Shown here piece by piece: positions 47,359 through 60,062 of a DNA stretch of 64,000 nt (the stretch's first letter is position 1; each line of letters starts with the position of its first letter). The notes below the pieces were generated by a model. It searched no databases, had not been told where the DNA came from, and saw only the letters and a list, made by a program, of their open reading frames with translations. Source of the DNA: Alphaproteobacteria bacterium. Lineage in GTDB: Bacteria; Pseudomonadota; Alphaproteobacteria; UBA828. Position numbers and translations under genes: made by a program. The stretch spans positions 768,001-832,000 of the forward strand of contig CBDCCI010000002.1 in NCBI GenBank assembly GCA_965214705.1, given 5' to 3'.

Positions 47359-47435
47359 GCGCGGTTTCGTGCGGGCGGGCCGCCGGGCAGTACATACCCG
47401 GCGGCCCGTTCACGTTCCGCCATGATCAGTGACCG

Positions 47436-48317
47436 ATGGAACGGGAGAACCGCTTCTGGCGGGTGATTCTGCTGGCGCTGCCGCTTGCGGTGTTCGCGGC
47501 GTTCGTGGTCTGGCCGCTTGCGAGCTCCTTCTACTACAGCTTCACCAACTGGAACGGCTTCAACCCCGACTACGACTTCGTCGGCTTCGATAACTTCCTC
47601 AAGATCCACACCGACAAGCTGTTCCTCAACGCCACGATCAACACGGCGTTCTGGATCGTGGCAGCGATCGTCGTGCCGACCGCTTTGGGGCTCGGGCTCG
47701 CGCTCCTGATCGACAGCCGCATTCCCGGCGGCCCGGTGTTCAAGTCGATCTTCTACCTGCCCATTTGCCTCTCCGCAGTGGTGGTCGGGCAGATCTGGGT
47801 GTGGATCTACCAGCCGGACTGGGGGCTGCTGAACACCGTGGTGGAGGCGGTGACCGGCGAGAACTTCAACTACGCGTGGCTGGCGAAGCCGGATAGCGCG
47901 CTCTGGTCGGTGATCCTCGCTTGGTCATGGCAGCAGACCGGGCTCTCCATGGTGATCTTCCTGGCCGGGCTTACCACCATCCCCGAGGAGCTGCTGGAGG
48001 TGTGCGAGATCGAGGGCGCCAAGGCCTTTCAGCGCATCCGCCTGGTGGTCATCCCCCTGCTCACGCCGGCCACCGTGGTGGTGATCGCGCTCAACGTGAT
48101 CAACTCGCTCAAGGGATTCGACATCCTCTACACCATGACCGGCGGCGGTCCGTTCAACAGCTCCGACACGCTGGCCATGCACATGTACAACGAGTCCTTC
48201 AAGAAGTACTTGATGGGCTACGGCAGCGCGATCTCGGTGGTCCTGTTCCTGATCGCGCTGACCATCATCCGCCTCTACTTCCGCCAGCTGCGCAAGGTGG
48301 ACGAGCTCCATGGCTGA
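47436..48317 (+). CDS. Carbohydrate ABC permease
   Basis: SFTNWNG, FVGFDNF and an EAA-like loop (IPEELLEVCEIEGA). Confidence 0.93.
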   Translation: MERENRFWRVILLALPLAVFAAFVVWPLASSFYYSFTNWNGFNPDYDFVGFDNFLKIHTDKLFLNATINTAFWIVAAIVVPTALGLGLALLIDSRIPGGPVFKSIFYLPICLSAVVVGQIWVWIYQPDWGLLNTVVEAVTGENFNYAWLAKPDSALWSVILAWSWQQTGLSMVIFLAGLTTIPEELLEVCEIEGAKAFQRIRLVVIPLLTPATVVVIALNVINSLKGFDILYTMTGGGPFNSSDTLAMHMYNESFKKYLMGYGSAISVVLFLIALTIIRLYFRQLRKVDELHG

Positions 48318-49170
48318 CGTGGCGCTCATCCCCGCTTCTGGCAGGCGGTTCAACCCGTGGCCTGCGGTGATCTTCGTCTCGCTCGCGGTCCTCGCGCTGC
48401 TGTTCCTGGCACCCACCGCCGGCGTGCTGCTGTCGTCGATCAAGACCACCCGCGACATCGCGCTCGGCCAGCTGTGGACGATCCCGTCGGAGCTTTTCTG
48501 GGGCAACTATGCCGAGGTGCTCGCCAACCCGGCCGTGCACCGCTACTTCGCCAATACGTTTATCGTCACCGCTCCCGCGACGGTGGCCTCGATCGCGCTG
48601 GGCTCGCTGGCCGGCTACGTCTTCGCCAAGCTGCCGTTTCGCGGCAGCAACCTGCTCTTCCTCGTCATCGTCTCCGGCATGTTCTTCCCGCCGCAGGTGA
48701 TCCTGATCCCGTTGTTCCGGCTCTTCAACGCCATGGATCTGATCGACACCCTCTACCCCATCATCATCATCCACACCGCGATGGGCATCCCCATCTGCAC
48801 GCTCCTCATGCGCAACTTCTTCGCGACCGTCCCGAATGCGCTGCGCGAGGCGGCGATCCTGGAAGGCGCGAACGAGTGGCAGGTGCTGACCCGCGTGGCG
48901 CTGCCGCTCAGCCTGCCGGCGCTGGCGGTGCTGGCGACGCTCCAGTTCACCTGGATCTGGAACGACTTCCTCTGGCCGCTGATCTTCACCCAGTCCGACG
49001 AGAAGCGGACCATCATGCTGGGAATCGTGAACCTGCAGGGGCAGTACTCGGTAGCCTGGGGCGTGCAGGGTTCGCTGTCGCTGATCGCGAGCCTGCCGAC
49101 GCTCATCGTGTTCCTGTTCTTCCAGCGCTACTTCATCAAGGGGATGACCATGGGCGCGGTGAAGGGGTAG
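48310..49170 (+). CDS. Carbohydrate ABC permease
   Basis: EAAILEGA, WNDFLWPL and QRYFIKGMTMGAVKG motifs. Confidence 0.93.
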   Translation: MADVALIPASGRRFNPWPAVIFVSLAVLALLFLAPTAGVLLSSIKTTRDIALGQLWTIPSELFWGNYAEVLANPAVHRYFANTFIVTAPATVASIALGSLAGYVFAKLPFRGSNLLFLVIVSGMFFPPQVILIPLFRLFNAMDLIDTLYPIIIIHTAMGIPICTLLMRNFFATVPNALREAAILEGANEWQVLTRVALPLSLPALAVLATLQFTWIWNDFLWPLIFTQSDEKRTIMLGIVNLQGQYSVAWGVQGSLSLIASLPTLIVFLFFQRYFIKGMTMGAVKG

Positions 49171-49172
49171 CG

Positions 49173-51697
<2,525 letters not shown>

Positions 51698-51774
51698 GCT
51701 AGCCCGCATGTCTCGCCGGGGTCACGGCCAGCGCGGCACTGGCGCTGCGCGAACAGGACCAGATATGTTCATCC

Positions 51775-53343
51775 ATGGGCGCGAGAGATTCGGCGCCGCG
51801 CACGGTCGACCTGCTCGTCATCGGCGGCGGCATCAACGGCACCGGCATCGCGCGGGACGCAGCGGGGCGCGGCCTCGACGTGCTGCTGTGCGAGCAGGAC
51901 GATCTGGCCGCGCACACCTCCTCGGCCAGCACCAAGCTGATCCACGGCGGGCTTCGCTACCTGGAGCACCGCGACTTCCGGCTCGTGCGCCAGTCCTTGC
52001 GCGAGCGCGCGGTGCTCTTACGCATCGCCCCGCACATCGTCTGGCCGCTGCGCTTCGTGCTGCCGCATCACGCCGGGCTGCGCCCCTGGTGGATGATCCG
52101 GCTGGGGCTCTTTCTCTACGACCGCCTGGGCGGGCGTGGCCCGCTGCCGCCGTGTGCGAGCGTCGACCTCGGCAGCCACGCGAGCGGGCGCGCGTTGCAG
52201 GGGTGCTATCGCCGGGCCTTCGAATACTCCGACTGCTGGGTGCAGGATTCGCGGCTGGTGGTGCTGAACGCCCGCGATGCGCACGCCAGGGGCGCGGAGG
52301 TCCGCACCCGCACAGCGTGCGTCTCGCTCGCGTCCAGTGGCTCGACGTGGACGGCAGTCCTTGAGGACAAAGAGTCAAGAAAGCGCATCACCGTCGAGGC
52401 GCGGGGCGTCGTCAACGCGAGCGGGCCCTGGGTCGGGCGCGTCCGCTCGCTCGCGGGCGGGACCGAGGCGAAGCACGGGGTCAGGCTCGACAAGGGCAGC
52501 CACATCGTGGTGCGCCGGCTCTTCGACCACCCGCACCCCTACATCTTCCAGACCGGAGACGGCCGCGTACTGTTCGCGATCCCCTACGAGGAGGACTACA
52601 CCCTGCTCGGCACGACCGATGTCGAGTTCGAGGACGAGCCGGGGCGGGTCCATATCACGCCCGAGGAGGTCGACTACATCTGCGCCGCCGCCAATCTCTA
52701 TTTCGAGACTCCCGTCGCCCCGGACGACGTGGTGTGGAGCTACGCCGGCATCCGTCCGCTGCTCGACGATCACGCCGAGAACGCGAGCGAGGTTACCCGC
52801 GACTACGTGCTGCACCTCGATCAGGCTTCGGCGCCAATGCTCTCGGTCTACGGCGGCAAGATCACGACCTACCGCAGGCTTGCCGAGCAGGCGGTGGACC
52901 TGCTGGCGGGGCCTCTCGGTATCAGTGGATCGCGTTGGACGAGCGACGCGCCTCTCCCCGGCGGAGACATCCCCGGCGCGGACATCGGCGAATTCACCGC
53001 GCAATGCGCCGCGCGGTACTCATGGCTGCCGGAGGGGCTGCTCCGTCATTTCGTGCGCCACTACGGCACCGAGATGCACGTGCTGCTCAACGGCTGCGGC
53101 AGCATCGACGACCTAGGCGAGCACCTCGGGGCCGGGCTTTACGCGGCGGAGGTCGCGTATCTGGTCGAGCACGAGTGGGCCCGGACAGCCGAGGACATCC
53201 TGTGGCGCCGCACGCGCAAGGGCCTGGGCGTCTCCGCAGGCGGCGTCGAGCGACTGCAGGCGTACCTTGGGGAGACGTACGGCGAGCGGTTATTCTGTCT
53301 TAGCCCTCGCCCCGGTCTCGGCCGACGACCATCTCGCCCTTGA
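51775..53343 (+). CDS. glpD: FAD-dependent glycerol-3-phosphate dehydrogenase
   Basis: IGGGINGTGIARDAAGRG, TSSASTKLIHGGLRYLE and GGKITTYR motifs. Confidence 0.95.
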   Translation: MGARDSAPRTVDLLVIGGGINGTGIARDAAGRGLDVLLCEQDDLAAHTSSASTKLIHGGLRYLEHRDFRLVRQSLRERAVLLRIAPHIVWPLRFVLPHHAGLRPWWMIRLGLFLYDRLGGRGPLPPCASVDLGSHASGRALQGCYRRAFEYSDCWVQDSRLVVLNARDAHARGAEVRTRTACVSLASSGSTWTAVLEDKESRKRITVEARGVVNASGPWVGRVRSLAGGTEAKHGVRLDKGSHIVVRRLFDHPHPYIFQTGDGRVLFAIPYEEDYTLLGTTDVEFEDEPGRVHITPEEVDYICAAANLYFETPVAPDDVVWSYAGIRPLLDDHAENASEVTRDYVLHLDQASAPMLSVYGGKITTYRRLAEQAVDLLAGPLGISGSRWTSDAPLPGGDIPGADIGEFTAQCAARYSWLPEGLLRHFVRHYGTEMHVLLNGCGSIDDLGEHLGAGLYAAEVAYLVEHEWARTAEDILWRRTRKGLGVSAGGVERLQAYLGETYGERLFCLSPRPGLGRRPSRP

Positions 53344-54637
53344 CGTAGACTGCGCGGACGGCGCGGTCGTCGCCCAGCATCATCAGCGCGAACAGCATGT
53401 CCTCCAGGCTCTCGGAGAGCTCGTTGCGGGCGGCCAGCACCGGCGTCGCGCACGGATCGAGGACGACGACATCGGCCCAGCATCCGGCATCGAGCGTGCC
53501 GATCTCGCTGTCGAGCCGAAGGCCACGCGCATTGCCCAGGGTGGCGAGGTAAAACCCGTCGAAGGCGTTGAAGCTGCAGCCCTTCAGCCTGGCGATCTTG
53601 TAGGCTTCGGCGAGCGTCTGGAGCAAGGAGTAGCTGGTGCCGCCGCCGATGTCGGTGGCGATGCCGACCCTGACCGGGCGCCGCGCCGCGCCCACGTGTT
53701 CGATGTCGAACAGGCCCGATCCCAGAAAGGCGTTCGAGGTCGGGCAGTGAACCACCAACGAGCCCGCGTCGTGCAAGGCCTGGCACTCGCGTTCCGAGAG
53801 GTGGATGCCGTGGGCGAAGACGCCGGTCTCGCCCACGAGGCCGAAACGCGCATAGACGTCGGTATAGTCCTTCGACCAGGGAAACAGCCGCTGCACTAAC
53901 TCGATTTCGGCGGCGCTCTCCGAGAGATGCGTGTGGAGCAGGCATCCGGGATGGTCCGCCAGCAGCGCGCCGGCCAGTCGAAGCTGCTCTTCGCTCGACG
54001 TGACGGCGAAGCGCACCGTGAGCGCGTAGCGTAGGCGGTCCACCTCGTGCCACGAGGCGATGAGCTCGGCGCTCTCCCGGGCGCTCGCCTCGGCGTTCTG
54101 AGTCACGGCCGGGGGCGCGTTGCAGTCCATCATGGTCGCCCCCGTCATCAGACAGAGGCCGCGCCGATTTGCCGCCCGAAAGAGGCAGTCGGCCGCGTTA
54201 CCGTGCACGGTGGAGAAGACGAGGGCGCTGGTGGTGCCGTGGCTCACGAGCTTGTCGAGAAAGCTCTCCGCAGCGGCCGCAGCATGGCCCTCGTCGGCGT
54301 ATCCCGCCTCCTCGGGGAAGGCGAATCGCTCGAGCCATTCAAGCAGGTCGTGCGCAGGCGCCGCCAGCATGCGGTGTTGCGGAAAGTGAACGTGCGCATC
54401 GATCAATCCCGGCAGAATGACCTCGCGGTCATAACGCTCGCAGGGAGCCTCGGCGTGCTCCCGCGGCAGCTCGGCGAAGGCGCCGTGCCACAGGATCCGG
54501 CCCTGCTGGCCCACGACCACCGCCCCGTCCTCGTGGCTCTGCATCGCCTGGTCGGGGCCGACGACGCGGGGATCGTCCCGGAAACTTACCGTGCGGCCGC
54601 GCAGAACCCGCGCCGCGGCATCGGCGCCCGCCGTCAT
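53300..54637 (-). CDS. guaD: Guanine deaminase
   Basis: PGLIDAHVHFPQ, LLEWLERFAFPEE, THLSE, HCPTSNAFLGSG and TDIGGGTS motifs. Confidence 0.93.
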   Translation of the reverse strand: MTAGADAAARVLRGRTVSFRDDPRVVGPDQAMQSHEDGAVVVGQQGRILWHGAFAELPREHAEAPCERYDREVILPGLIDAHVHFPQHRMLAAPAHDLLEWLERFAFPEEAGYADEGHAAAAAESFLDKLVSHGTTSALVFSTVHGNAADCLFRAANRRGLCLMTGATMMDCNAPPAVTQNAEASARESAELIASWHEVDRLRYALTVRFAVTSSEEQLRLAGALLADHPGCLLHTHLSESAAEIELVQRLFPWSKDYTDVYARFGLVGETGVFAHGIHLSERECQALHDAGSLVVHCPTSNAFLGSGLFDIEHVGAARRPVRVGIATDIGGGTSYSLLQTLAEAYKIARLKGCSFNAFDGFYLATLGNARGLRLDSEIGTLDAGCWADVVVLDPCATPVLAARNELSESLEDMLFALMMLGDDRAVRAVYVKGEMVVGRDRGEG

Positions 54638-55146
54638 CCCGCGACCCGATCCTCGATGCGGAAGCGCATGATGCGGCAGACGTTGTCGATCGCGTTCTCG
54701 ACTTCGACCTCTCGCCCGTTGGCGATACGCTCCTCGAAGGCGGCGAGGATCATCGCCGCCGTCGCGCCCTTGACCGCGAAGATGAAGGGAATCGCGAAGC
54801 GTTCCTTGTAGGCGGCATTGAGCGCGGTGAAGCGCTCGAACTCCTCTGGCGTCAGCCGGTCGAGGCCCGCGCCCGCCTGCTCCTTGCGGGAGTCCTCGCT
54901 CAAGTCGCCGGCGATCGCCGCCCGACCGGCGAGATCCGGATGCGCGCGCAGCACGGCCAGCCGTTCCTCCCGCGAAGCGTCGCGCAGGGCGGCGGCAAAG
55001 GCATCGGCGACCGCGTCACGGTCGGCGAAGGGGCGGGCGCCGGCGGCACGCTCGGCCACCCAGGGCGAATGCTCCGCCACGTCGCCGAACCGGGTGATGA
55101 AATCGGAGACGGCCATCCGGTTGAGATCGTCGATGGAGAGGAGCAT
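54634..55146 (-). CDS. uraD: OHCU decarboxylase
   Basis: EHSPW, AHPDLA, EQAGAGL and NAAYKERFAIPFI motifs. Confidence 0.93.
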   Translation of the reverse strand: MLLSIDDLNRMAVSDFITRFGDVAEHSPWVAERAAGARPFADRDAVADAFAAALRDASREERLAVLRAHPDLAGRAAIAGDLSEDSRKEQAGAGLDRLTPEEFERFTALNAAYKERFAIPFIFAVKGATAAMILAAFEERIANGREVEVENAIDNVCRIMRFRIEDRVAG

Positions 55147-55171
55147 GCCTGCCGCCTTGCCGCCCATCGTC

Positions 55172-56353
55172 CTACTTGTTGTCGTCGATCCAAGCGCCGA
55201 GTTGCGCGCGCTCTTCGTCCGTCATTTCGGTCTCGTTGCCCAGCGGCATGGTGCGGGTCTGAACCGTGAATTTGTCCACAAGTTCCGCGTGACGGTGAAG
55301 GTCGTCGATGGTTTCCAGCACCATGTCCTTGGGCGGCGTGTCGAAGCTCTCGTGGCTCGGGCTCGCGGCGTGGCAGGACACGCAGTGTTTGTCGACGATG
55401 GCCATGACCTCCACGTCTGAAACGTCGAGGTCCAGGCTCTCCCGCTGCTGAGGCGAGGTCAGCCACACTGCCGCGGCGAGGGCGACCAGCATGACAGGCA
55501 GAGTCCAGACGTATCGGGGAAACGGGTCGCCGGCCTCGTGGCGGACAAAGGCGTGGCGTAGGCCGGCACCGCCGACGATGACGAAGGCGACGATCAGCCA
55601 GGCTTGCGGGTGCGCCGACAGCATCGGGTAATGCCCGCCCACCATGGTCACGAGCACCGGCAGCGTCAGATAAGTGTTGTGGACCGAGCGCTGCTTGCCG
55701 ATGGCGCCGAACTTCGGGTCCGGCTCTTTCCCCTCCAGCAGCGCCTTGGTGATCTTCTTCTGGTTGGGAATGATCACCGCGAACACGTTGGCCGCCATGA
55801 GGGTGCCGATGAAGGCGCCGACATGGATCAACGCGGCGCGGCCGGAGAACACGTTGGTGTAGAGGTACGCCGCCAGGAGAATCCACAGGAATGTTACGAT
55901 GGCGAGCAGGGTGGGCCGCTTGCCGACGGGCGAGCGGCAGAGGCCGTCATAAGCGAACCAGCCGACGGCGAGGCTCCCCACCGAGATGCCGACCGCGTGC
56001 AGGGGCTCGAGGTCCAGGACCGCGGGATCGATCATCCACGTCCCGGCACTGAGGTAAAACTGGACGATCAGGAGCAGGAAGCCGGTGAACCAGGTCAGAT
56101 AGGCTTCCCACTTGAACCAGACCAGGTCGCCGGGCAGTTCCTTCGGCGCAACGGTGAACTTCTCGACATGATAGAAGCCGCCGCCGTGCACCTGCCACGC
56201 GGTGCCCAGCACGCCTTCCTTCATCTTCTCCCGCTTCCTCAGCTTGACGTCGAGAGCGATGAAATAGAACGAGGTGCCGATCCAGCCGATGCCGGCGATC
56301 ATGTGCGCCCAGCGAATCAGGAGATTGAGCCAGTCGAGGGCGAAGGCGGCCAA
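55172..56353 (-). CDS. puuD: Membrane urate oxidase with a C-terminal cytochrome c
   Basis: RWAHMIAGIGWIGTSFYF, WQVHGGGFY, WFKWEAY, RSVHNTY, CVSCH and MPLGN motifs. Confidence 0.93.
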   Translation of the reverse strand: MAAFALDWLNLLIRWAHMIAGIGWIGTSFYFIALDVKLRKREKMKEGVLGTAWQVHGGGFYHVEKFTVAPKELPGDLVWFKWEAYLTWFTGFLLLIVQFYLSAGTWMIDPAVLDLEPLHAVGISVGSLAVGWFAYDGLCRSPVGKRPTLLAIVTFLWILLAAYLYTNVFSGRAALIHVGAFIGTLMAANVFAVIIPNQKKITKALLEGKEPDPKFGAIGKQRSVHNTYLTLPVLVTMVGGHYPMLSAHPQAWLIVAFVIVGGAGLRHAFVRHEAGDPFPRYVWTLPVMLVALAAAVWLTSPQQRESLDLDVSDVEVMAIVDKHCVSCHAASPSHESFDTPPKDMVLETIDDLHRHAELVDKFTVQTRTMPLGNETEMTDEERAQLGAWIDDNK

Positions 56354-56456
56354 GCGCGTGTCTCCTCGCCTTCACGCTAGAGCATTATCCGAGCGAATAG
56401 GGGTCGTGCCCGGTCGGCGCACGGTCCCTGTCTCGCACGCAGTGCGGCCCGAGAAC

Positions 56457-56568
56457 CCCCACCTCACCCCGGCCCTCTCCGCCCCCAGGGGCGGAGAGGG
56501 AGAGAAGGCTGTTGCCGTCTACGTCCCCCCTCCGCCCTCTGGGGGGAGGGGGACAGGGGGAGGTGGGA
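56457..56568. repeat. REP-like inverted pair of GC-rich hairpins
   Basis: CCCACCTCACCCCGGCCCTCTCCGCCCCCAGGGGCGGAGAGGG and a diverged inverted copy ending GGGGAGGTGGG. Confidence 0.7.
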
Positions 56569-56704
56569 GTACCGCTCAGGCCGCCATGGTCCGGTACGGT
56601 CGAAATATGCACTAGCCCGGTTGTCTCATCGCGGTCGTGAGCTGACCGGCGCACCGGGCCCGCCTCGCGGCAGGAACGGTGCGCCGGCCAGTATCGGTAA
56701 CGGA

Positions 56705-57775
56705 CTATTCAGGCAAGGTGTCGTCGACGCCCTGGACATACCAGTTGATGCCCGCGAGCGTCCCGTCGTCCATGACCTCGCCTTCGGGCACGGCCAACGT
56801 GCCGTCCTGCTTGTACACGGGCCCGGCGAAGGGGTTGAGCTCGCCGGAGGCGATTGCGGCTGCCGTCTCCGCTGCCGCCGCCGCGACGTCATCGGGCATG
56901 CTGGTGTAAGGCGCCATCACCACCGTGCCCGCGGCCATCCCGGTCCATGTGTCCCCCGACTCCCAGGTCCCGTCGAGCACCGCTTGGGCGCGCTCAACGT
57001 AGTAGGGGCCCCACTCGTCGATGATCGCCGTGAGCTGCGCCTTGGGCGCGAAGTGGATCATGTCGGAGGCCTGACCGAAGCCGAGCACGCCCTGTTCTTC
57101 GGCGATCTGCAGCGGCGCCGTCGAATCGGTGTGCTGGGTGATGATGTCGGCACCCTGGCCGATCAGCACCTTGGCGGCATCGGCTTCCTTGCCTGGATCG
57201 AACCACGTGTTGACCCAGACCACCTTGAGCTTGAAGTCCGGGTTCACGGTCTGCGCGCCCAGGATGAACGCGTTGATGCCCATCACGACCTCCGGAATTG
57301 GGAAGGACGCGATGTAGCCGGCAACCCCCGACTTCGACATCTTCGCGGCGATCTGGCCGATGACGTATCGGCCTTCATGGAAGCGCGCGTTGTAGGACGC
57401 GACGTTCTCGGACTGCTTGTAGCCGGTCGCGTGCTCGAACTTCACGTCGGGAAATCGCTTGGCGACCTTGATCGTCGGGTCCATGTAGCCGAAGGACGTG
57501 GTGAAGATCAGCCCGACACCCTGGCGCGCCAGTCGCTCGATCGCGCGTTCGGCATCCGGCCCCTCCGGCACGTTTTCGACGTACACGGTCTCGACCTGGT
57601 CACCCAGTGCCTCCTCGACCGCGAGACGCCCCTGGTCATGGGCGTAGGTCCAGCCATGATCGCCGATGGGCCCGATATAGATGAACCCAACCTTGAGCTT
57701 GTCGGCAGCGGACGCGGCACCCGCGGCGAATGTCATCGCCAGCGCGAGCGCGACCATTCCAATGAGCTTCTTCAT
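56705..57775 (-). CDS. BMP-family purine/nucleoside ABC substrate-binding protein
   Basis: GFIYIGPIGDHGW, TTSFGY, EHATGY, WFDPGKE and QHTDS motifs. Confidence 0.93.
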   Translation of the reverse strand: MKKLIGMVALALAMTFAAGAASAADKLKVGFIYIGPIGDHGWTYAHDQGRLAVEEALGDQVETVYVENVPEGPDAERAIERLARQGVGLIFTTSFGYMDPTIKVAKRFPDVKFEHATGYKQSENVASYNARFHEGRYVIGQIAAKMSKSGVAGYIASFPIPEVVMGINAFILGAQTVNPDFKLKVVWVNTWFDPGKEADAAKVLIGQGADIITQHTDSTAPLQIAEEQGVLGFGQASDMIHFAPKAQLTAIIDEWGPYYVERAQAVLDGTWESGDTWTGMAAGTVVMAPYTSMPDDVAAAAAETAAAIASGELNPFAGPVYKQDGTLAVPEGEVMDDGTLAGINWYVQGVDDTLPE

Positions 57776-57868
57776 GATGCCTCCTTTCACGTCAGCAAGT
57801 TTTCTTGCGGTGCAACGATTCATTCCGCCAACGTTCATCGTAACGCGCCGGCGGCCGGCCGTCCCACT

Positions 57869-58789
57869 CTACCTCTCGGGCGCGAAGGGCTGCCCGATCA
57901 TTGCGGGCGTGTTCATCCTGATCAAAGACCTGTTCCCAGAAATGATCACCAGCACCACTATCGTGACGAGGTAGGGCAGGGACGACAATAGCTGGGACGG
58001 GATTCCGACACCCAGACCCTGGACGTAGAGGCCCATGATCCAGACCGTGCCGAAGAGATAGGCCCCGATCAGCAGACGCCCGGGCAGCCACGTGGAAAAG
58101 ACCACCAGCGCGAGCGCGATCCAGCCGCGGCCCGCGCTCATGTTCTCGATCCACTGCGGTGTGTAGGCGAGCGCCAGATACGCGCCGGCGAGGCCCGAGC
58201 AGGCGCCGCCGAAGGCGATGCAGGCGTAGCGCACCCTGACCACGCCGTAGCCGAGCGCATGGGCGGAATGGTGATTGTTGCCCACTGCGTTGATGACCAG
58301 GCCGATCCGGGTGCGAAACAGCACGTAGCTGACCGCCGCGATCAGCGCCAGCGAGATGTAAACCAGGATGTCCTGGCCGAACAGGATCGGTCCGATGAAG
58401 GGGATGTCAGTGAGCAGGGGGATGTGGATCGATTCGAGCTTCTCGCCGGGAAGCCCCGTGAACCCTTCGCCAATCAGGCCGGACAGCCCCAGGCCCAGCA
58501 GAGTGAGCGACAGCCCGGTCGCAACCTGCGAAGTCATCAAGGTTTGGGTCAGAAAGGCGAAGAGCATCGACGTGGCGACGCCCGCGTAGAGCCCGACCAG
58601 AATGCCGAGCAGTGCCGAGCCGGTCGTGTAGGCGGCGGCGAAGCTGCAGACCGCGCCCATGATCATCATACCCTCGACGCCGAGGTTGAGGACGCCCGAG
58701 CGTTCCGTGACGAGCTCTCCGGTCGCCGCCAGCAGCAATGGCGTGGACGCCGTGATGATCGTCAGAATGACGGCTTCGAGGGCTTCCAT
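57869..58789 (-). CDS. Nucleoside ABC permease
   Basis: ERSGVLNLGVEGMM, AGRGWIALALVVF and LPY motifs. Confidence 0.93.
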   Translation of the reverse strand: MEALEAVILTIITASTPLLLAATGELVTERSGVLNLGVEGMMIMGAVCSFAAAYTTGSALLGILVGLYAGVATSMLFAFLTQTLMTSQVATGLSLTLLGLGLSGLIGEGFTGLPGEKLESIHIPLLTDIPFIGPILFGQDILVYISLALIAAVSYVLFRTRIGLVINAVGNNHHSAHALGYGVVRVRYACIAFGGACSGLAGAYLALAYTPQWIENMSAGRGWIALALVVFSTWLPGRLLIGAYLFGTVWIMGLYVQGLGVGIPSQLLSSLPYLVTIVVLVIISGNRSLIRMNTPAMIGQPFAPER

Positions 58790-58870
58790 TGACCGCTTCT
58801 CAGACCTCCCTGGCCATCGTCTGGTATTGGGTCTCGGAACTAAGGACCAATAGTAGCAACGCCCCCTTCT

Positions 58871-58960
58871 CGTCATGGCCGGGCTTGTCCCGGCCATCCA
58901 CCAGGGCACCCCCGTCTCGCCCGGCGGATCTGGATGCCCGGAACGAGTCCGGGCATGACG
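58871..58960. repeat. Alphaproteobacterial intergenic palindromic repeat
   Basis: CGTCATGGCCGGGCTTGTCCCGGCCATCCA...TGGATGCCCGGAACGAGTCCGGGCATGACG. Confidence 0.8.
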
Positions 58961-59003
58961 GTAGAAGGTGGAAATTACTCATGCGCATTTCCGGGACTCG
59001 ACA

Positions 59004-60062
59004 TCAGTTGCGCACGAGCCTGATGCGGTAACGGATCAGCGTGTCGCAGGCCAGGATGAGGAACAGCAGCATGCCCTGGAACACCTGGGTCGTCTTGTCG
59101 GAGATGCCGAGTATCACCTGCACCCCCTCTCCGCCCATGTAGCTGATCGCGAGCAGGACGCCCGCGAAGAAGACGCCGATTGGGTTCAGGCGACCGAGAA
59201 AGGCGACGATGATCGCGGTGAAACCGTAGCCCGGCGAGACGTTCGGTTGCAGTTGCCCGCTCGGGCCCGCGACTTCGCAGATGCCGGCCAGCCCCGCGAG
59301 AGCGCCTGACAGCATGAAGCAGAACAAGACCACCCGCTTCCCCTTGAAGCCGGCGAACGAGCCGGCGCGCGGCGAGGTGCCGACGACGCGGATCTCGAAT
59401 CCGCGCAGCGTCCGTCCCATCATGAAGGCGACGATGATGACGGCGACGATGGCGAAGATGGCGCCGATATGCACCCGTCCCTCGCCCAGAGGCGGTATGA
59501 CCTGCCAGCCCTCGAACAATATGGACTGAGGGAAGTTGTAGCCGTCGGGGTCCCGCCAGGGGCCCCGTATCAGCCAGTCCAGCAGCAGCTGGGCGACGTA
59601 GACCAGCATCAGGCTGGTCAGGATCTCGTTGGCGGAGAAACGGTTCTTCAGGAACGCCGGGATCGCGGCGAAGAGCGCACCGCCCGCGATGCCGAGAACG
59701 AGCATGAGGATCAGGACCAGCGGCGACTGCCAGTCGGGGAAATAGATCGGGATGGAGGCGCCGATCAGGGCGCCCATCGTAAGCTGGCCCTCCGCACCGA
59801 TGTTCCAGACATTGGCGGTGTAGCAGACGGCGAGGCCGACTCCGATCAGGATGAGCGGCGCGGCCTTGACGATTACCTCTTCGATGGACCAGGCGCTGGT
59901 CAGCGGGTCGATGAAGTAGATGTAGAGCGCTTCGCCGGGATCGAACCCCAAGGCCACGAACATGATGGCGCCGAGCGCGAGCGTGATGCCGATCGCCAGC
60001 ACAGGCGACAGAAACGCCATCAGCGTCGAACGCTGGCTGCGCCTTTCCAGCCTGAGAATCAC
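59004..60062 (-). CDS. Nucleoside ABC permease
   Basis: WNIGAEGQ, NEILTSLML and GYGFTAIIVAFLGRLNP motifs. Confidence 0.93.
   Translation of the reverse strand: MILRLERRSQRSTLMAFLSPVLAIGITLALGAIMFVALGFDPGEALYIYFIDPLTSAWSIEEVIVKAAPLILIGVGLAVCYTANVWNIGAEGQLTMGALIGASIPIYFPDWQSPLVLILMLVLGIAGGALFAAIPAFLKNRFSANEILTSLMLVYVAQLLLDWLIRGPWRDPDGYNFPQSILFEGWQVIPPLGEGRVHIGAIFAIVAVIIVAFMMGRTLRGFEIRVVGTSPRAGSFAGFKGKRVVLFCFMLSGALAGLAGICEVAGPSGQLQPNVSPGYGFTAIIVAFLGRLNPIGVFFAGVLLAISYMGGEGVQVILGISDKTTQVFQGMLLFLILACDTLIRYRIRLVRN

Noticed and set aside
53300-53343. Convergent glpD/guaD overlap as a regulatory feature
   Set aside because: A short tail overlap best explained by stop-codon drift.
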